A stretch of DNA of 64,000 bases, taken from positions 18,276 to 82,275 of the forward strand of contig JALNWB010000001.1 in the NCBI GenBank assembly GCA_023231105.1, read 5' to 3'. This document shows, in pieces, positions 1 through 8,955 of the stretch. The DNA is from Ignavibacteriaceae bacterium (lineage in GTDB: Bacteria > Bacteroidota > Ignavibacteria > Ignavibacteriales > Ignavibacteriaceae). The notes beneath the pieces are model-generated. The model was not told where the DNA came from. It saw only the letters and a list, made by a program, of their open reading frames with translations, and made no database searches. Within the stretch, counting starts at the first letter, position 1. The number at the start of each line of letters is the position of its first letter. Both the position numbers and the translations under genes were made by a program.

Positions 1-1
1 G

Positions 2-505
2 GATTATATAAACGAAAATCCAGGTAGATGGAAATATGCCGGGATTGGTGGTCTTGAAGAAAATCCAAAACACTATTTCGAAATATCATCTGGGAAACAT
101 TCGGTTTATTGCCCTTATGGTAAAATTGGTGATCAACTTTGGGTAAGGGAAACATTTGGAACAGATTTCTTTGGTACAATTTATTATAAAGCTGATGATT
201 TGTTTGTACCGGTTGGAGCAAAGGCAAAATGGAAACCGTCAATCTTTATGCCTCGCAAAGCTTCAAGGATACAGCTTGAAATAGTTAATATAGTGGTTGA
301 GAGATTAAATAACATTAGCGGCGTAGATTGCATTGCTGAGGGTATTGATAAAGAATTATGCAAAGATTACAACCATGACAATATTTTTCTTGACGAGGAA
401 GCGGCTAAAGAATATTATCAAGAACTATGGGAAAAGATAAACGGAAAAGGCTCCTGGGAGAAAAATCCTTGGGTATGGAAAATAGAATTTAAAAGAATTA
501 ACTAA
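2..505 (+). CDS. conserved phage protein of unknown function, 5'-truncated at window edge
   Basis: The frame is open from nt 2 to TAA at 503-505. The translation contains CPYGKIGDQLWVRETF and WKPSIFMPRKASRIQLEIV, a motif pair I recall from widespread phage hypothetical (ASCH-like) proteins. The TTG at 200 in the ORF track is probably internal. Confidence 0.6.
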   Translation, partial: DYINENPGRWKYAGIGGLEENPKHYFEISSGKHSVYCPYGKIGDQLWVRETFGTDFFGTIYYKADDLFVPVGAKAKWKPSIFMPRKASRIQLEIVNIVVERLNNISGVDCIAEGIDKELCKDYNHDNIFLDEEAAKEYYQELWEKINGKGSWEKNPWVWKIEFKRIN

Positions 506-517
506 ACCGGTGACAAA

Positions 518-691
518 ATGGATTTACGAAAGAAATTTATCGAAGACAATTTGAAGAAAGCGGAAATAAAGAAAGGCTTAACGGAATGGGAAAAAGAGCT
601 AATCGCTTCGGTAAAGGAGGATTTGAAGGAAAATCGTTTCGTATCGCAATGGAAATATAACCATTTAGAAATATTAGCAGAGAATAGATAA
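518..691 (+). CDS. small hypothetical protein (57 aa)
   Basis: An ATG-to-TAA ORF fills the gap between its neighbours. It is below the ORF-track size cutoff. It is Lys/Glu-rich and carries no recognisable motif. Confidence 0.4.
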   Translation: MDLRKKFIEDNLKKAEIKKGLTEWEKELIASVKEDLKENRFVSQWKYNHLEILAENR

Positions 692-701
692 AGGAGCAAT
701 A

Positions 702-1685
702 ATGGCAGCAGATACAAACATAGAATATTTAACAAAATCTTGGAACCCGATACAAACCATAATAAAAGGTGAGAGTGGGCAAGGTTATCACTGCACACAC
801 GTAGACGAAGGATGCCGTAATTGTTGGGCTGAGGGGATGAATAATCGGGTAGGGAATCGATTGCCTTTTGATACAAAAGTGTTTGAATATGAAATAAAGA
901 ATAGTGAGTTAGCCAAACCCTTATCATGGCGTAAACCGCAAATGATAGGAGTACAATTTATGGGAGATTTATTCCATAAAGATATTCCGTTTGAACTTAT
1001 TTTTAAAGTATTTATGGTAATGCAACGCGCAGAAAACCATACATTTTTAATTTTAACAAAAAGACCGGAGCGGATGTATGAATTCTTTTCCTTTCCAATG
1101 AATCACATTGACCCCAAATGGGTAAACCTTACATTAAATAACACTAAAGTTGGAGAGATGTTTTCTAACTGTAAAAATATTTGGTATGGCACATCGATAA
1201 GTGATCAACAAAGTGCAGACACACGAATACCGAAATTGTTAAAGCTTAAGGGAAGATTCCCAATGGTAAAGATTTGGTTAAGCATTGAGCCAATGATAAA
1301 AGCAATTGAACTACAACCGGTATGGTTTGGTAATTATAAAAGTTGTGATGGAATTCTCCCACGACAAATTGATTGGGTTGTTTGCGGAGGAGAAAGCGGG
1401 CCACATGCAAGACCATTACACCCAGATTGGGTACGCAGTTTACGTAATCAATGTAAAGAGGCAAACGTTTCATTTTTCTTTAAGCAATGGGGAGAATGGG
1501 TGCCAGAACCGGATATACACAAAGGCAGAACTCTTTGGTTCGATGGTTCGATGGATACGGGTATAGCAAGTGAAAACGGAATTGGAAGAAATGTAAGAAG
1601 AGTTGGGAAGAAAAAAGCGGGGCGATTGTTGGACGGAGTTGAACACAATGAATTTCCCGAAGGAGTAGGAAATGTTACTAAATAA
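702..1685 (+). CDS. phage Gp37/Gp68 family protein (DUF5131)
   Basis: The SD AAAGGAG lies 6 nt upstream of the ATG. The N-terminal WNPIQT...GYHCTHVDEGCRNCWAE Cys cluster and the C-terminal DWVVCGGESGPHARPLHPDWVRSLRNQC...FFFKQWGEW match the family signature as I remember it. Confidence 0.8.
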   Translation: MAADTNIEYLTKSWNPIQTIIKGESGQGYHCTHVDEGCRNCWAEGMNNRVGNRLPFDTKVFEYEIKNSELAKPLSWRKPQMIGVQFMGDLFHKDIPFELIFKVFMVMQRAENHTFLILTKRPERMYEFFSFPMNHIDPKWVNLTLNNTKVGEMFSNCKNIWYGTSISDQQSADTRIPKLLKLKGRFPMVKIWLSIEPMIKAIELQPVWFGNYKSCDGILPRQIDWVVCGGESGPHARPLHPDWVRSLRNQCKEANVSFFFKQWGEWVPEPDIHKGRTLWFDGSMDTGIASENGIGRNVRRVGKKKAGRLLDGVEHNEFPEGVGNVTK

Positions 1686-2061
1686 ATTATCAAAAGAGTG
1701 TTTTGAGAATGCAAAAGCAAAAGGTTTCCACAGTTTAACGGAAGAGAACAAAGATTTGGTTATTCCACGGGATCTTATGTTAATTGTTACAGAACTCAGC
1801 GAAGCAATGGAGGCGCTTAGGCATAACAGATGGGCGGAACTTCAGCTATATCAATTCGATACTGCGGCAAACAGTTCGGAAGATTTTAACAAGATAGGTT
1901 TTGAGGCGTACATAAAAGACCGGTTTGAGGATGAAATTTCCGATACGTTTATAAGGTTATTTCATCTTTGCGGACTGTTGAACATTGATATTGACGCGCA
2001 TGTGAAGCTGAAGATGGAGTACAACAAAACAAGGGAACATAAACACGGGAAGAAATTTTAA
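1672..2061 (+). CDS. MazG-like nucleotide pyrophosphohydrolase
   Basis: ECFENAKAKGFH and LMLIVTELSEAMEALRH (EXXE-type helix), followed by DRFEDEISDTFIRLFHL, are typical of phage all-alpha NTP-PPases. The gene overlaps the upstream gene by 14 nt. Confidence 0.7.
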   Translation: MLLNKLSKECFENAKAKGFHSLTEENKDLVIPRDLMLIVTELSEAMEALRHNRWAELQLYQFDTAANSSEDFNKIGFEAYIKDRFEDEISDTFIRLFHLCGLLNIDIDAHVKLKMEYNKTREHKHGKKF

Positions 2062-2072
2062 GGAGAAATAAT

Positions 2073-2309
2073 ATGATAGTTGCAAGATTATTAGAACAAG
2101 TTAAGGTTGGCATTGAAAATGGATACATAAATGAAAACTCCAAAGTTTTCTTCTCTGTTCCAGGAGAGGATGGATTTATTTTGGAAATAGAGAGTACTTG
2201 TCTTCCGGCATTAATACACAAGACAGCGCCAAAGAAAAGAGGTGTGTTATGTTTTACAAATGTAAAATTACCACAAGAGGAAGTTGGAGAGAACAGCAAT
2301 GAAAATTAA
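2073..2309 (+). CDS. hypothetical protein
   Basis: The ATG is preceded by TAAGGAGAAATAAT, and the ORF is tightly packed in the operon. Confidence 0.5.
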   Translation: MIVARLLEQVKVGIENGYINENSKVFFSVPGEDGFILEIESTCLPALIHKTAPKKRGVLCFTNVKLPQEEVGENSNEN

Positions 2310-2565
2310 CGTATCAGATGCAGTGATCGGGCATTTTTGGGAAGAGCCGCCGGAAGACAGTTGGGAGTTTTGGGCTTTTCTTTGGCCAGTTAAGGCGAAA
2401 GTTGGAGACACAATTTTCTTTTATTACAACAAAAAGTTAATTGCAAAAGCAGTGATAGCGAAGATAGAGAAACCGGGTGAAAGCGAATGCGAAGCAACGG
2501 GCAATTACTGGAACCGGTGGAAGGTTTATTGGACACAGGAAAGTTTTATTGATATGAGAAACTAA
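2299..2565 (+). CDS. hypothetical protein (possible ASCH/PUA-like small beta-barrel)
   Basis: I prefer the ATG at 2299 with GGAGAG 7 nt upstream over the TTG at 2284. The GDTIFFYYNKKLIAKAVIAKIE pattern is reminiscent of ASCH-type folds but the resemblance is weak. Confidence 0.45.
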   Translation: MKINVSDAVIGHFWEEPPEDSWEFWAFLWPVKAKVGDTIFFYYNKKLIAKAVIAKIEKPGESECEATGNYWNRWKVYWTQESFIDMRN

Positions 2566-2588
2566 AATAAATTCAAAGGAGAAATAGT

Positions 2589-3071
2589 ATGCCGTTAATT
2601 GAGGTTACGGAAAAGCAGTATGAGTTCTTAAAGAACTTGCAAAACGAGATCAACACACAGGATAATAGGGCGACCGCAAAGCCTTATTTCTTCCAGGTAA
2701 AAAAGACTGATAGAGTTTATGGAGAGAGTTTGTGCCAATCGGACGGGCACGGATATGTTGATAAAGATGAAAGCCAATTTTATGATGAGATCCCCGATAA
2801 GGAAGAAGCCGGGTATGAGGATATGGGTGATAGTGAATATCAAGATCGATTTGAAAGAACGGAATATCAAGAAATAGTTAGTTACGATAATTGTTTTTTT
2901 ACGGAGAAAGCATGCTTGCGGCATATTAAAGAGAATAAACATCATTATGCAGACGAAGAACCAATGCAGCTAACATATTTGAACGCAGCCTGGAGAAACC
3001 CGGAAATGGAAATGATGTTTGATATTATTAGTTCCGTAAAGTTTATGGATGAGGCAAAAAATGAAAGCTGA
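2589..3071 (+). CDS. hypothetical acidic protein
   Basis: The SD AAAGGAGAAATAGT precedes the ATG. A strongly acidic central segment is present (DEIPDKEEAGYEDMGDSEYQDRFERTEYQE). Confidence 0.55.
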   Translation: MPLIEVTEKQYEFLKNLQNEINTQDNRATAKPYFFQVKKTDRVYGESLCQSDGHGYVDKDESQFYDEIPDKEEAGYEDMGDSEYQDRFERTEYQEIVSYDNCFFTEKACLRHIKENKHHYADEEPMQLTYLNAAWRNPEMEMMFDIISSVKFMDEAKNES

Positions 3072-4806
3072 TATCGGAATAGGGATAAGTATTCAAAAAT
3101 TGATAGAGACGCGAGCGCTGGTGCAGGCGAACAGCGGAGGAGGGAAAAGCTACCTATTAAGGAAGCTGTTGGAAGAAACCCACGGCAAAGTGCAGCAAAT
3201 TATTTTGGATATCGAAGGGGAATTCTCATCCTTGCGCGAGAAGTTTGACTATGTAGTTTTTGGAGAGGGAGGCGATTATCCGTTAAGCATTAAGTATGCT
3301 GATCAGATGGCAAAATCATTAATGGAGTTAAGTGTTTCGGCGATAATCGATCTTTCGGAACTAGAGCATCATCACCGGATTATTTTTGTAGAACGGTTCC
3401 TTCACCGTTTAGTGAACTTGCCAAAGAATTATTGGAAGCCTTGTTTAATCGTAATTGATGAAGCGCATCAATTTTGCCCACAGAACGGGAATGTAAGCAG
3501 CGCAAAACCAGTAATTGATCTTTGTACACGAGGAAGAAAGCGGGGATATTCTGCAATTTTAGCAACACAGCGAATAAGCAAACTTCACAAAGACGCAGCG
3601 GCCGAAACTTTGAACAAGTTTATAGGGCGGACCGGATTAGATGTTGATATGAAGCGAGCAGCTGAGGAATTGGGTATGTCAACAAAGCAGGATATGTTAA
3701 GTCTTCGCGCATTGGGAGAAGGTGATTTTTTTGCTTTTGGTCCGGCTATAAGCAACGAGGTGACGAGATTTCATGTAGAGAAGGTAAAGACTAACCACCC
3801 AAGGAGCGGAAGCCGTATAGTTGAAGTACCGAAGCCATCGGACAAAATAAAAGAGTTATTGGGAAGATTGAAAGACCTACCGGAAGAGGCGGAGAAAGAA
3901 CAGAAGACAATTGATGATCTGAGGAGGGAGAATACGAATCTAAAAACTAAACTAACAATTATTGAGAGAACTCCGAAAACGATAAACGTTAGTCCGAAGG
4001 AGGTAGAACAAATTGAAAAGTTAAAAACTGAAAATAGCAGTTTGGAAGAAAACAGACAGAGCTTAATTAAGACGGTCAAAGAAATAAATTCTCTTAAAGC
4101 TTCTGTTAGTAAAATTATTGCTGATCTGATAAAAGGGGCAAATTCAGTTATAGAAAAATTTGAAATGGTGAATATTCCTACCGAAGAAGAAATAAAGCCT
4201 ATTGGATTTGTAGCGGCACTTGGTGGAGAACAAATTAAGCCAAGAATTGGGGGAAAGACTTATGATTATGAAATAAAATTTCTTCCAAATAGTCAAGCAG
4301 CAGTTTTACTTAACCCGGGTATAGAAAATATACAGCTCGGTAAATGCGCTTTTGAGGTTCTTAAATTCCTTGCAGTAAGACCATATAGTTCATTTAGTAG
4401 AACACAAATAGGGGCAATGACCGGATATGCGCCGAATGGAGGTTCATTCAATAATTCGATAAGTGAACTAAGGACAAAGGGATTAATTGATAAGAACGGA
4501 ACGAATACATTCTTGTTAAACCAAGGTGGAGTAGAATATTTAAAATCAAAAGGAGTTCAGCCGGGGGTTGGTGATTATAGCCCTCGCATTTGGTTGGAAA
4601 AACTACCGGCAGCGAGCAAAAAGATTTATGAAATATTGCTTTTAAATTCAGAACATAGTTTTAGTAAAGGCGCGTTGGGAGAAATGACGGGATATGAGCA
4701 TAACGGCGGATCATTTAACAATGCTATTTCTAAGCTTTGTGTTTTGGGACTAGCAGAAAGATACGGCGGGCAAATTAGATTAAATCAAGAATTAATTAAT
4801 ATTTAA
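3061..4806 (+). CDS. HerA/FtsK-like P-loop ATPase with coiled-coil and two C-terminal winged-helix-like repeats
   Basis: Walker A is present (NSGGGKSYLLRKLL) and Walker B is present (CLIVIDEAHQFCP), together with SAILATQRISKL. Two paralogous C-terminal modules are seen (MTGYAPNGGSFNNSISELRTKGLI and MTGYEHNGGSFNNAISKLCVLGLA). The start could be 3049 or 3061. Confidence 0.8.
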   Translation: MKADIGIGISIQKLIETRALVQANSGGGKSYLLRKLLEETHGKVQQIILDIEGEFSSLREKFDYVVFGEGGDYPLSIKYADQMAKSLMELSVSAIIDLSELEHHHRIIFVERFLHRLVNLPKNYWKPCLIVIDEAHQFCPQNGNVSSAKPVIDLCTRGRKRGYSAILATQRISKLHKDAAAETLNKFIGRTGLDVDMKRAAEELGMSTKQDMLSLRALGEGDFFAFGPAISNEVTRFHVEKVKTNHPRSGSRIVEVPKPSDKIKELLGRLKDLPEEAEKEQKTIDDLRRENTNLKTKLTIIERTPKTINVSPKEVEQIEKLKTENSSLEENRQSLIKTVKEINSLKASVSKIIADLIKGANSVIEKFEMVNIPTEEEIKPIGFVAALGGEQIKPRIGGKTYDYEIKFLPNSQAAVLLNPGIENIQLGKCAFEVLKFLAVRPYSSFSRTQIGAMTGYAPNGGSFNNSISELRTKGLIDKNGTNTFLLNQGGVEYLKSKGVQPGVGDYSPRIWLEKLPAASKKIYEILLLNSEHSFSKGALGEMTGYEHNGGSFNNAISKLCVLGLAERYGGQIRLNQELINI

Positions 4807-4819
4807 CTACGAGGTATTT

Positions 4820-5143
4820 ATGGAAATAGAGATAGAGCACGTAACAGAAATGGAAGGGATGATTAAACCAAAGAGGAAAAATATGATTGCATGGATTATT
4901 GGGCTTTTGGAGGAAAGAAGGAAAAAGAGAGATGTTCTTTTCCATTCGGCGAATGTAATTGTTGAAAAGAAAATGACATTTACGCAGGCGGTTGATCACT
5001 TGACCTCAAGTAAGATTAAATACGGCATAGAAATACAGAACGGCGAACGGAAACTTGAACTGTACACCGGTTTAGGGCGCGGTTCGTTTCTTTGGAATGA
5101 TGGGGGCGCGGTATTGGTCCATTATCAAGTAAAATTAAATTAA
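4820..5143 (+). CDS. hypothetical protein
   Basis: An ATG ORF that is contiguous with the operon. It has no motif I recognise. Confidence 0.5.
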   Translation: MEIEIEHVTEMEGMIKPKRKNMIAWIIGLLEERRKKRDVLFHSANVIVEKKMTFTQAVDHLTSSKIKYGIEIQNGERKLELYTGLGRGSFLWNDGGAVLVHYQVKLN

Positions 5144-5156
5144 CAAAGGCTTTATT

Positions 5157-6179
5157 ATGGCGCGTCCGACAAAAGTAGGGATAAGTTATTTCCCATATAA
5201 CGTTGACTTTTATGAAGATGAGAAAACTGAATTTATCCCGGCTAAGTACGGATTGATTGGGGAGGCAATTACAGCAAGATTGCTCGAACGTATTTACCGA
5301 AACGGATATTTAACGAAATGGGACGAAGATGTTAAGGTTTTGTTTGTAAGCAAATTGAGAGCGCCGGGATGTGATAATTTGAGTGAAATTGTTGACGGGG
5401 TTATAACAGAATTATTGAAAAGAGATTTTTTTAGTAAAGAGTTATTTGACAAGTACAAGGTTTTAACCGGGAGAGGAATACAAAAAAGGTATCTTAAAAT
5501 TTGTGCCGATGCAAAGCGGAAACATAGTGTTATTAGTCATGAATATAATTTGATTGATGAAGAGGAAACACCGAAAGTAACAACATTTGAGTTATTTCCA
5601 GAGGAAACCCCAATTACCACCGGAGTAATACCGGAGGAAACCACCATTAACACGGGAAATGCACCGGAGTTTAGTACACAAAGTAAAGTAAAGAAAACTA
5701 TAGAAAACAAAAGTAAAGAAGAGGAAACAAAAGCAGATGAAACTCCTTACTTCTTTACGTTTTCAAATTTTAACGATCTTTACTTTTTACAAGCAGCATT
5801 AAATGACATGATAGGGCACTACTGTTGGGAGTTGGATATAACAAAATCGGTAAGGACAAGGCTGTTTAATATCATTTCTGAGAGTGTTTTTCCTCGAGAT
5901 AGATGTTACAAAATTGCACTTAATGTTTTTATCGAGTACAAAGATTTTACAGCAGAACAGAAAAACTTCCGGTATCTTTTTTCAAGGATTGAAGGAAAGA
6001 TTGAGGATGCAATAATTATTTACCGCGAAGAATTGGCAGAGTTGGATAAGAATAAAGAGAAAATTGAAGCGGAAAAGATGCTGCACAATAACGAAGAAAG
6101 TCCACCAGGAGAAGAAAGTTTTAGTTCGATTCTTAAGGGAATGATTAATTCAAAAAGCATAGCGGAGAAAAAGGTATGA
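5157..6179 (+). CDS. DUF4373 (Lin1244/Lin1753-like N-terminal domain) replication-organiser-like protein
   Basis: The N-terminus MARPTKVGISYFPYNVDFYEDEKTEFIPAKYGLIGEAITARLLERIYRNGY matches my memory of the DUF4373 signature found in phage replication proteins. An internal 11-aa tandem repeat is present (PEETPITTGVI/PEETTINTGNA). Confidence 0.7.
   Translation: MARPTKVGISYFPYNVDFYEDEKTEFIPAKYGLIGEAITARLLERIYRNGYLTKWDEDVKVLFVSKLRAPGCDNLSEIVDGVITELLKRDFFSKELFDKYKVLTGRGIQKRYLKICADAKRKHSVISHEYNLIDEEETPKVTTFELFPEETPITTGVIPEETTINTGNAPEFSTQSKVKKTIENKSKEEETKADETPYFFTFSNFNDLYFLQAALNDMIGHYCWELDITKSVRTRLFNIISESVFPRDRCYKIALNVFIEYKDFTAEQKNFRYLFSRIEGKIEDAIIIYREELAELDKNKEKIEAEKMLHNNEESPPGEESFSSILKGMINSKSIAEKKV
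5598..5669 (+). repeat. 33-nt tandem repeat (2.2 units) in the DUF4373 gene
   Basis: CCAGAGGAAACCCCAATTACCACCGGAGTAATA is followed by CCGGAGGAAACCACCATTAACACGGGAAATGCA and then CCGGAG. The repeat encodes PEETPITTGVI/PEETTINTGNA/PE. Confidence 0.8.
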
Positions 6180-6376
6180 CAACATGGCATTGTTCTTCGA
6201 ATAACCCCACAACGTGGAGGAGTGATAATGGAGACCTTATCCGGCGTATGAAAAGTGGAGAATGGGAATATAGAACTACTGATATGCCTAGGGGATTTTG
6301 GTTGAAAGAGCGATCAAGAAAAACAGCTATTGAAGAAGTGGAAAAACTATTAAATAAAACGGAGAAAAAAGTATGA
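6176..6376 (+). CDS. hypothetical protein
   Basis: It has a 4-nt overlap (ATGA) with the upstream gene, which is typical of translational coupling. Confidence 0.45.
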   Translation: MTTWHCSSNNPTTWRSDNGDLIRRMKSGEWEYRTTDMPRGFWLKERSRKTAIEEVEKLLNKTEKKV

Positions 6377-6789
6377 GTTTAGAAAAAGTATTTAACCGGA
6401 AACAAGTGAAAGAGATTGCAGAACAAATACCTATGACCATTGGAGAGATGCAAAGAATGTTCAGTGATTACGGGATACGAGTATTTAACACAGAGACAAA
6501 CGAGCTTGAAATTGCGACTATACACACGGCAACAACCGCTGATTTGCTGAGTGTGATTAAATATTATGAGGATAATTTAACCCGCATAGCCAAAGAGAAT
6601 ACAGAAGAACAAGAACGTATAATCAGAATTGATGAAAGGATAAAAACATTCAAGTCTGCACAGGCGGTTTGGGGTTTTAATTTTCAAATTCCTATTGCAG
6701 AGAATGAAAGTTTGTTGGAAAGACTAAAATACGAACAGACACACAACCCACTTGCAACAGATGAAGGAGAAAAAGACAATGGGAAATGA
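6373..6789 (+). CDS. hypothetical protein
   Basis: It is coupled to the upstream gene by a 4-nt overlap. Confidence 0.5.
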   Translation: MSLEKVFNRKQVKEIAEQIPMTIGEMQRMFSDYGIRVFNTETNELEIATIHTATTADLLSVIKYYEDNLTRIAKENTEEQERIIRIDERIKTFKSAQAVWGFNFQIPIAENESLLERLKYEQTHNPLATDEGEKDNGK

Positions 6790-7174
6790 AGAAGATTGTT
6801 TGTTAAGAGCAATGAAGGAAGATGATATTATCGCTTCCGAAAATACTCCGATTATGGAGAAAGCAAGTAGAGAGAGAACGGAGAAAATTGCCCCAATTAT
6901 TTGGGAGAAACGTTACAGCACAACTGAAGCTGACGATAAGTTTGGAAGATGGATGAGGATAGGCAGAATAAATGAAATGACGGTAGCAATTATTACCAAA
7001 GCTGTTCACTTAGAGAAAATAAAATATGTTGTAAAGCTCCCGAATAATAAAGGAGATGAAAGTTTGCAAAGCGATATCATAGTGAACAGCGAGAACGAAG
7101 CAATGTTAGAAGCTGAGAAGTTTATTGCCGGGTATGTTGCAAATTTTAGAAAAATGGAAGTGATTGGAAAATAG
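6779..7174 (+). CDS. hypothetical protein
   Basis: I prefer the ATG at 6779, with GAAGGAG 9 nt upstream, over the start at 6752. Confidence 0.5.
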   Translation: MGNEEDCLLRAMKEDDIIASENTPIMEKASRERTEKIAPIIWEKRYSTTEADDKFGRWMRIGRINEMTVAIITKAVHLEKIKYVVKLPNNKGDESLQSDIIVNSENEAMLEAEKFIAGYVANFRKMEVIGK

Positions 7175-7201
7175 TTTTTGTAAATAATTAAAAAATGAAA
7201 T

Positions 7202-7234
7202 AAGTTAACACATGTAATTTTTAATAAATTAACA
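7202..7234 (+). promoter_or_regulatory. bipartite motif AAGTTAACA-N17-ATTAACA (copy 1)
   Basis: AAGTTAACA lies at 7202-7210 and ATTAACA at 7228-7234, in a 73-nt AT-rich gap before the gene at 7248 and ssb. Confidence 0.4.
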
Positions 7235-7247
7235 TAGGAGCTGAAGC

Positions 7248-7577
7248 ATGGAAAAAAGAATGAGAACTAAGCCGCGATTTGATGTTGAAGAGATCAAAAA
7301 AATATTTTCCGAATTAACGAACAAGGGGAAAACACAAGGGGAGATTACGACAAAGATAGTTACCAGGTGGAGACGGGGAGAGTTGAAAAGGATTGAGGTA
7401 AACAACGAAGACTTAGGCGTAAGCCAACGCCATTTTTACGAATCGAAAATAATAAAAGTTCTGTTGATGAGCGGGAGATTTCGCCCAAATTTTACCGGAC
7501 GGTTAGAGTTTGAGATTACAACAAATGAAGGCACGGCTAAGAAAGTACATTATCAAATAAGCAATTTTATTATTTAA
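7248..7577 (+). CDS. hypothetical protein (first gene after AT-rich intergenic region)
   Basis: TAGGAG lies 7 nt upstream of the ATG. The gene is preceded by the AAGTTAACA-N17-ATTAACA motif. Confidence 0.5.
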   Translation: MEKRMRTKPRFDVEEIKKIFSELTNKGKTQGEITTKIVTRWRRGELKRIEVNNEDLGVSQRHFYESKIIKVLLMSGRFRPNFTGRLEFEITTNEGTAKKVHYQISNFII

Positions 7578-7590
7578 CAAAGAAGTGAAT

Positions 7591-8007
7591 ATGTCATTTA
7601 CATTAAATCAGGTTACACTATTAGGAACGTTGGGGAAAGATTGCGAGACGAGAACAGCGGGGTCAAGCACTGTCTCATCATTTAGTATTGCAACGGAAAG
7701 AAGTTGGAAGGATAAAGCCGGAGAGTGGAAAAAGGAAACGGACTGGCATAACATTACAGTTTGGAACCCCTCAGATTACATAAAGGAGAGATTGAAAAAA
7801 GGGGCAAAGGTTTTAGTTACCGGAGAAATGCGAACTGACAAATATGAGAAAGATGGGGTAACTCACTACAATACCAAAGTTGTAGCAAAGCAAGTTATTA
7901 CGTTGGACCGGAAAGGTGAGGCGCAAAGCGAAAGCGGCGAACAAAGTCATCAGGAAGAAGAGCGCGGAGAATTACAACCAGGAACGGAAGAAGACCTTCC
8001 ATTTTAA
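7591..8007 (+). CDS. ssb: single-stranded DNA-binding protein
   Basis: The OB-fold signature LNQVTLLGTLGKDCETRTAGSSTVSSFSIATERSWKDKAGEWKKETDWHNITVWN is present, followed by an acidic tail ending in DLPF. The start could be the GTG at 7585 or the ATG at 7591. Confidence 0.9.
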   Translation: MSFTLNQVTLLGTLGKDCETRTAGSSTVSSFSIATERSWKDKAGEWKKETDWHNITVWNPSDYIKERLKKGAKVLVTGEMRTDKYEKDGVTHYNTKVVAKQVITLDRKGEAQSESGEQSHQEEERGELQPGTEEDLPF

Positions 8008-8051
8008 AAAAAATAACAAAATTCAAACAACAAAACACAAAGGAACGTACT

Positions 8052-8936
8052 ATGAAAAAGTTACTCATTTCAATCTTGGCATTTATTTTTTCACCGATAA
8101 TCAACACGATAAAGGAGGTAGGGCATCAAATTATTGAAAGGAATCGGAATGCACTATTAGAATTAAGTATGTACGCTGAAGGTAAGATGAGGGAGTTAAT
8201 GGAACGGCTTGAAAAAATTGAACAGCGACAATTGGAAACAAATTACTTTATTGGTGGAGTTGCGGCAACAAAAGATGAGGGAGCGCAATTAGGGATAATA
8301 CAAGTGATGGGTAACTTATCTCAGCAGCTTAATCACATCGGAAGAAAAGCCACAATGCCGTTAATATTTACAGCCAAAGGGCTTGTTCTAAACGTTTTAC
8401 AATGCAAGAAGATCATGTTTGAGTGTAATTGGGATAACATTAACGTTATGCGTTTTCTGTTAATGGTTGACGGGACTAATGCAGATACGTTTGAATATAA
8501 CTTTGAAAAGATTTCGCTTGATCCGGGTTTTGAGAAGTCGGAAGATAAACCGGTATTTGATTTTGCACGGGTGTTTTTGAAAAAGCATACAACACTTACA
8601 AACGGGAAGAAGAATATCAGCATTATTGATCACATTGCAATACATGCAAGCAGGCTGTTAATTAGCTATGTGCCGCAAAGAGACATTCTCTATCATGCAG
8701 AGATTGATATGATTTGCTTCCGATCGATCATTTCCGCAGTAACTCCTTTTTACGAAAAAGAGAAAGCGGATAGCCAAGCACGGGATAAAGCGGAAGAACC
8801 GAAAGAAATAGAACAACCGAAAGAAGAGCAGAACAGTGAAGAAAAAGTAGAACAGACTAACATTTTCCCCTTAAATGATGCGGGTAGAACAGATGTTGCA
8901 GAACAGTCCGAAAAATCAGAACAAAAAGAACAGTAG
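8052..8936 (+). CDS. hypothetical protein with N-terminal hydrophobic segment and Glu/Lys/Gln-rich tail
   Basis: The N-terminus MKKLLISILAFIFSPII is hydrophobic. The C-terminal low-complexity tail reads KAEEPKEIEQPKEEQNSEEK. Confidence 0.55.
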   Translation: MKKLLISILAFIFSPIINTIKEVGHQIIERNRNALLELSMYAEGKMRELMERLEKIEQRQLETNYFIGGVAATKDEGAQLGIIQVMGNLSQQLNHIGRKATMPLIFTAKGLVLNVLQCKKIMFECNWDNINVMRFLLMVDGTNADTFEYNFEKISLDPGFEKSEDKPVFDFARVFLKKHTTLTNGKKNISIIDHIAIHASRLLISYVPQRDILYHAEIDMICFRSIISAVTPFYEKEKADSQARDKAEEPKEIEQPKEEQNSEEKVEQTNIFPLNDAGRTDVAEQSEKSEQKEQ

Positions 8937-8955
8937 ATAAGAACGGTCTATACCT

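Noticed and set aside
1536-1556. A short tandem duplication TGGTTCGA TGGTTCGA lies inside the DUF5131 gene.
   Set aside because: It has only two 8-nt units, is in-frame coding sequence (WFDGSMD) and has no further copies. It is probably fortuitous.
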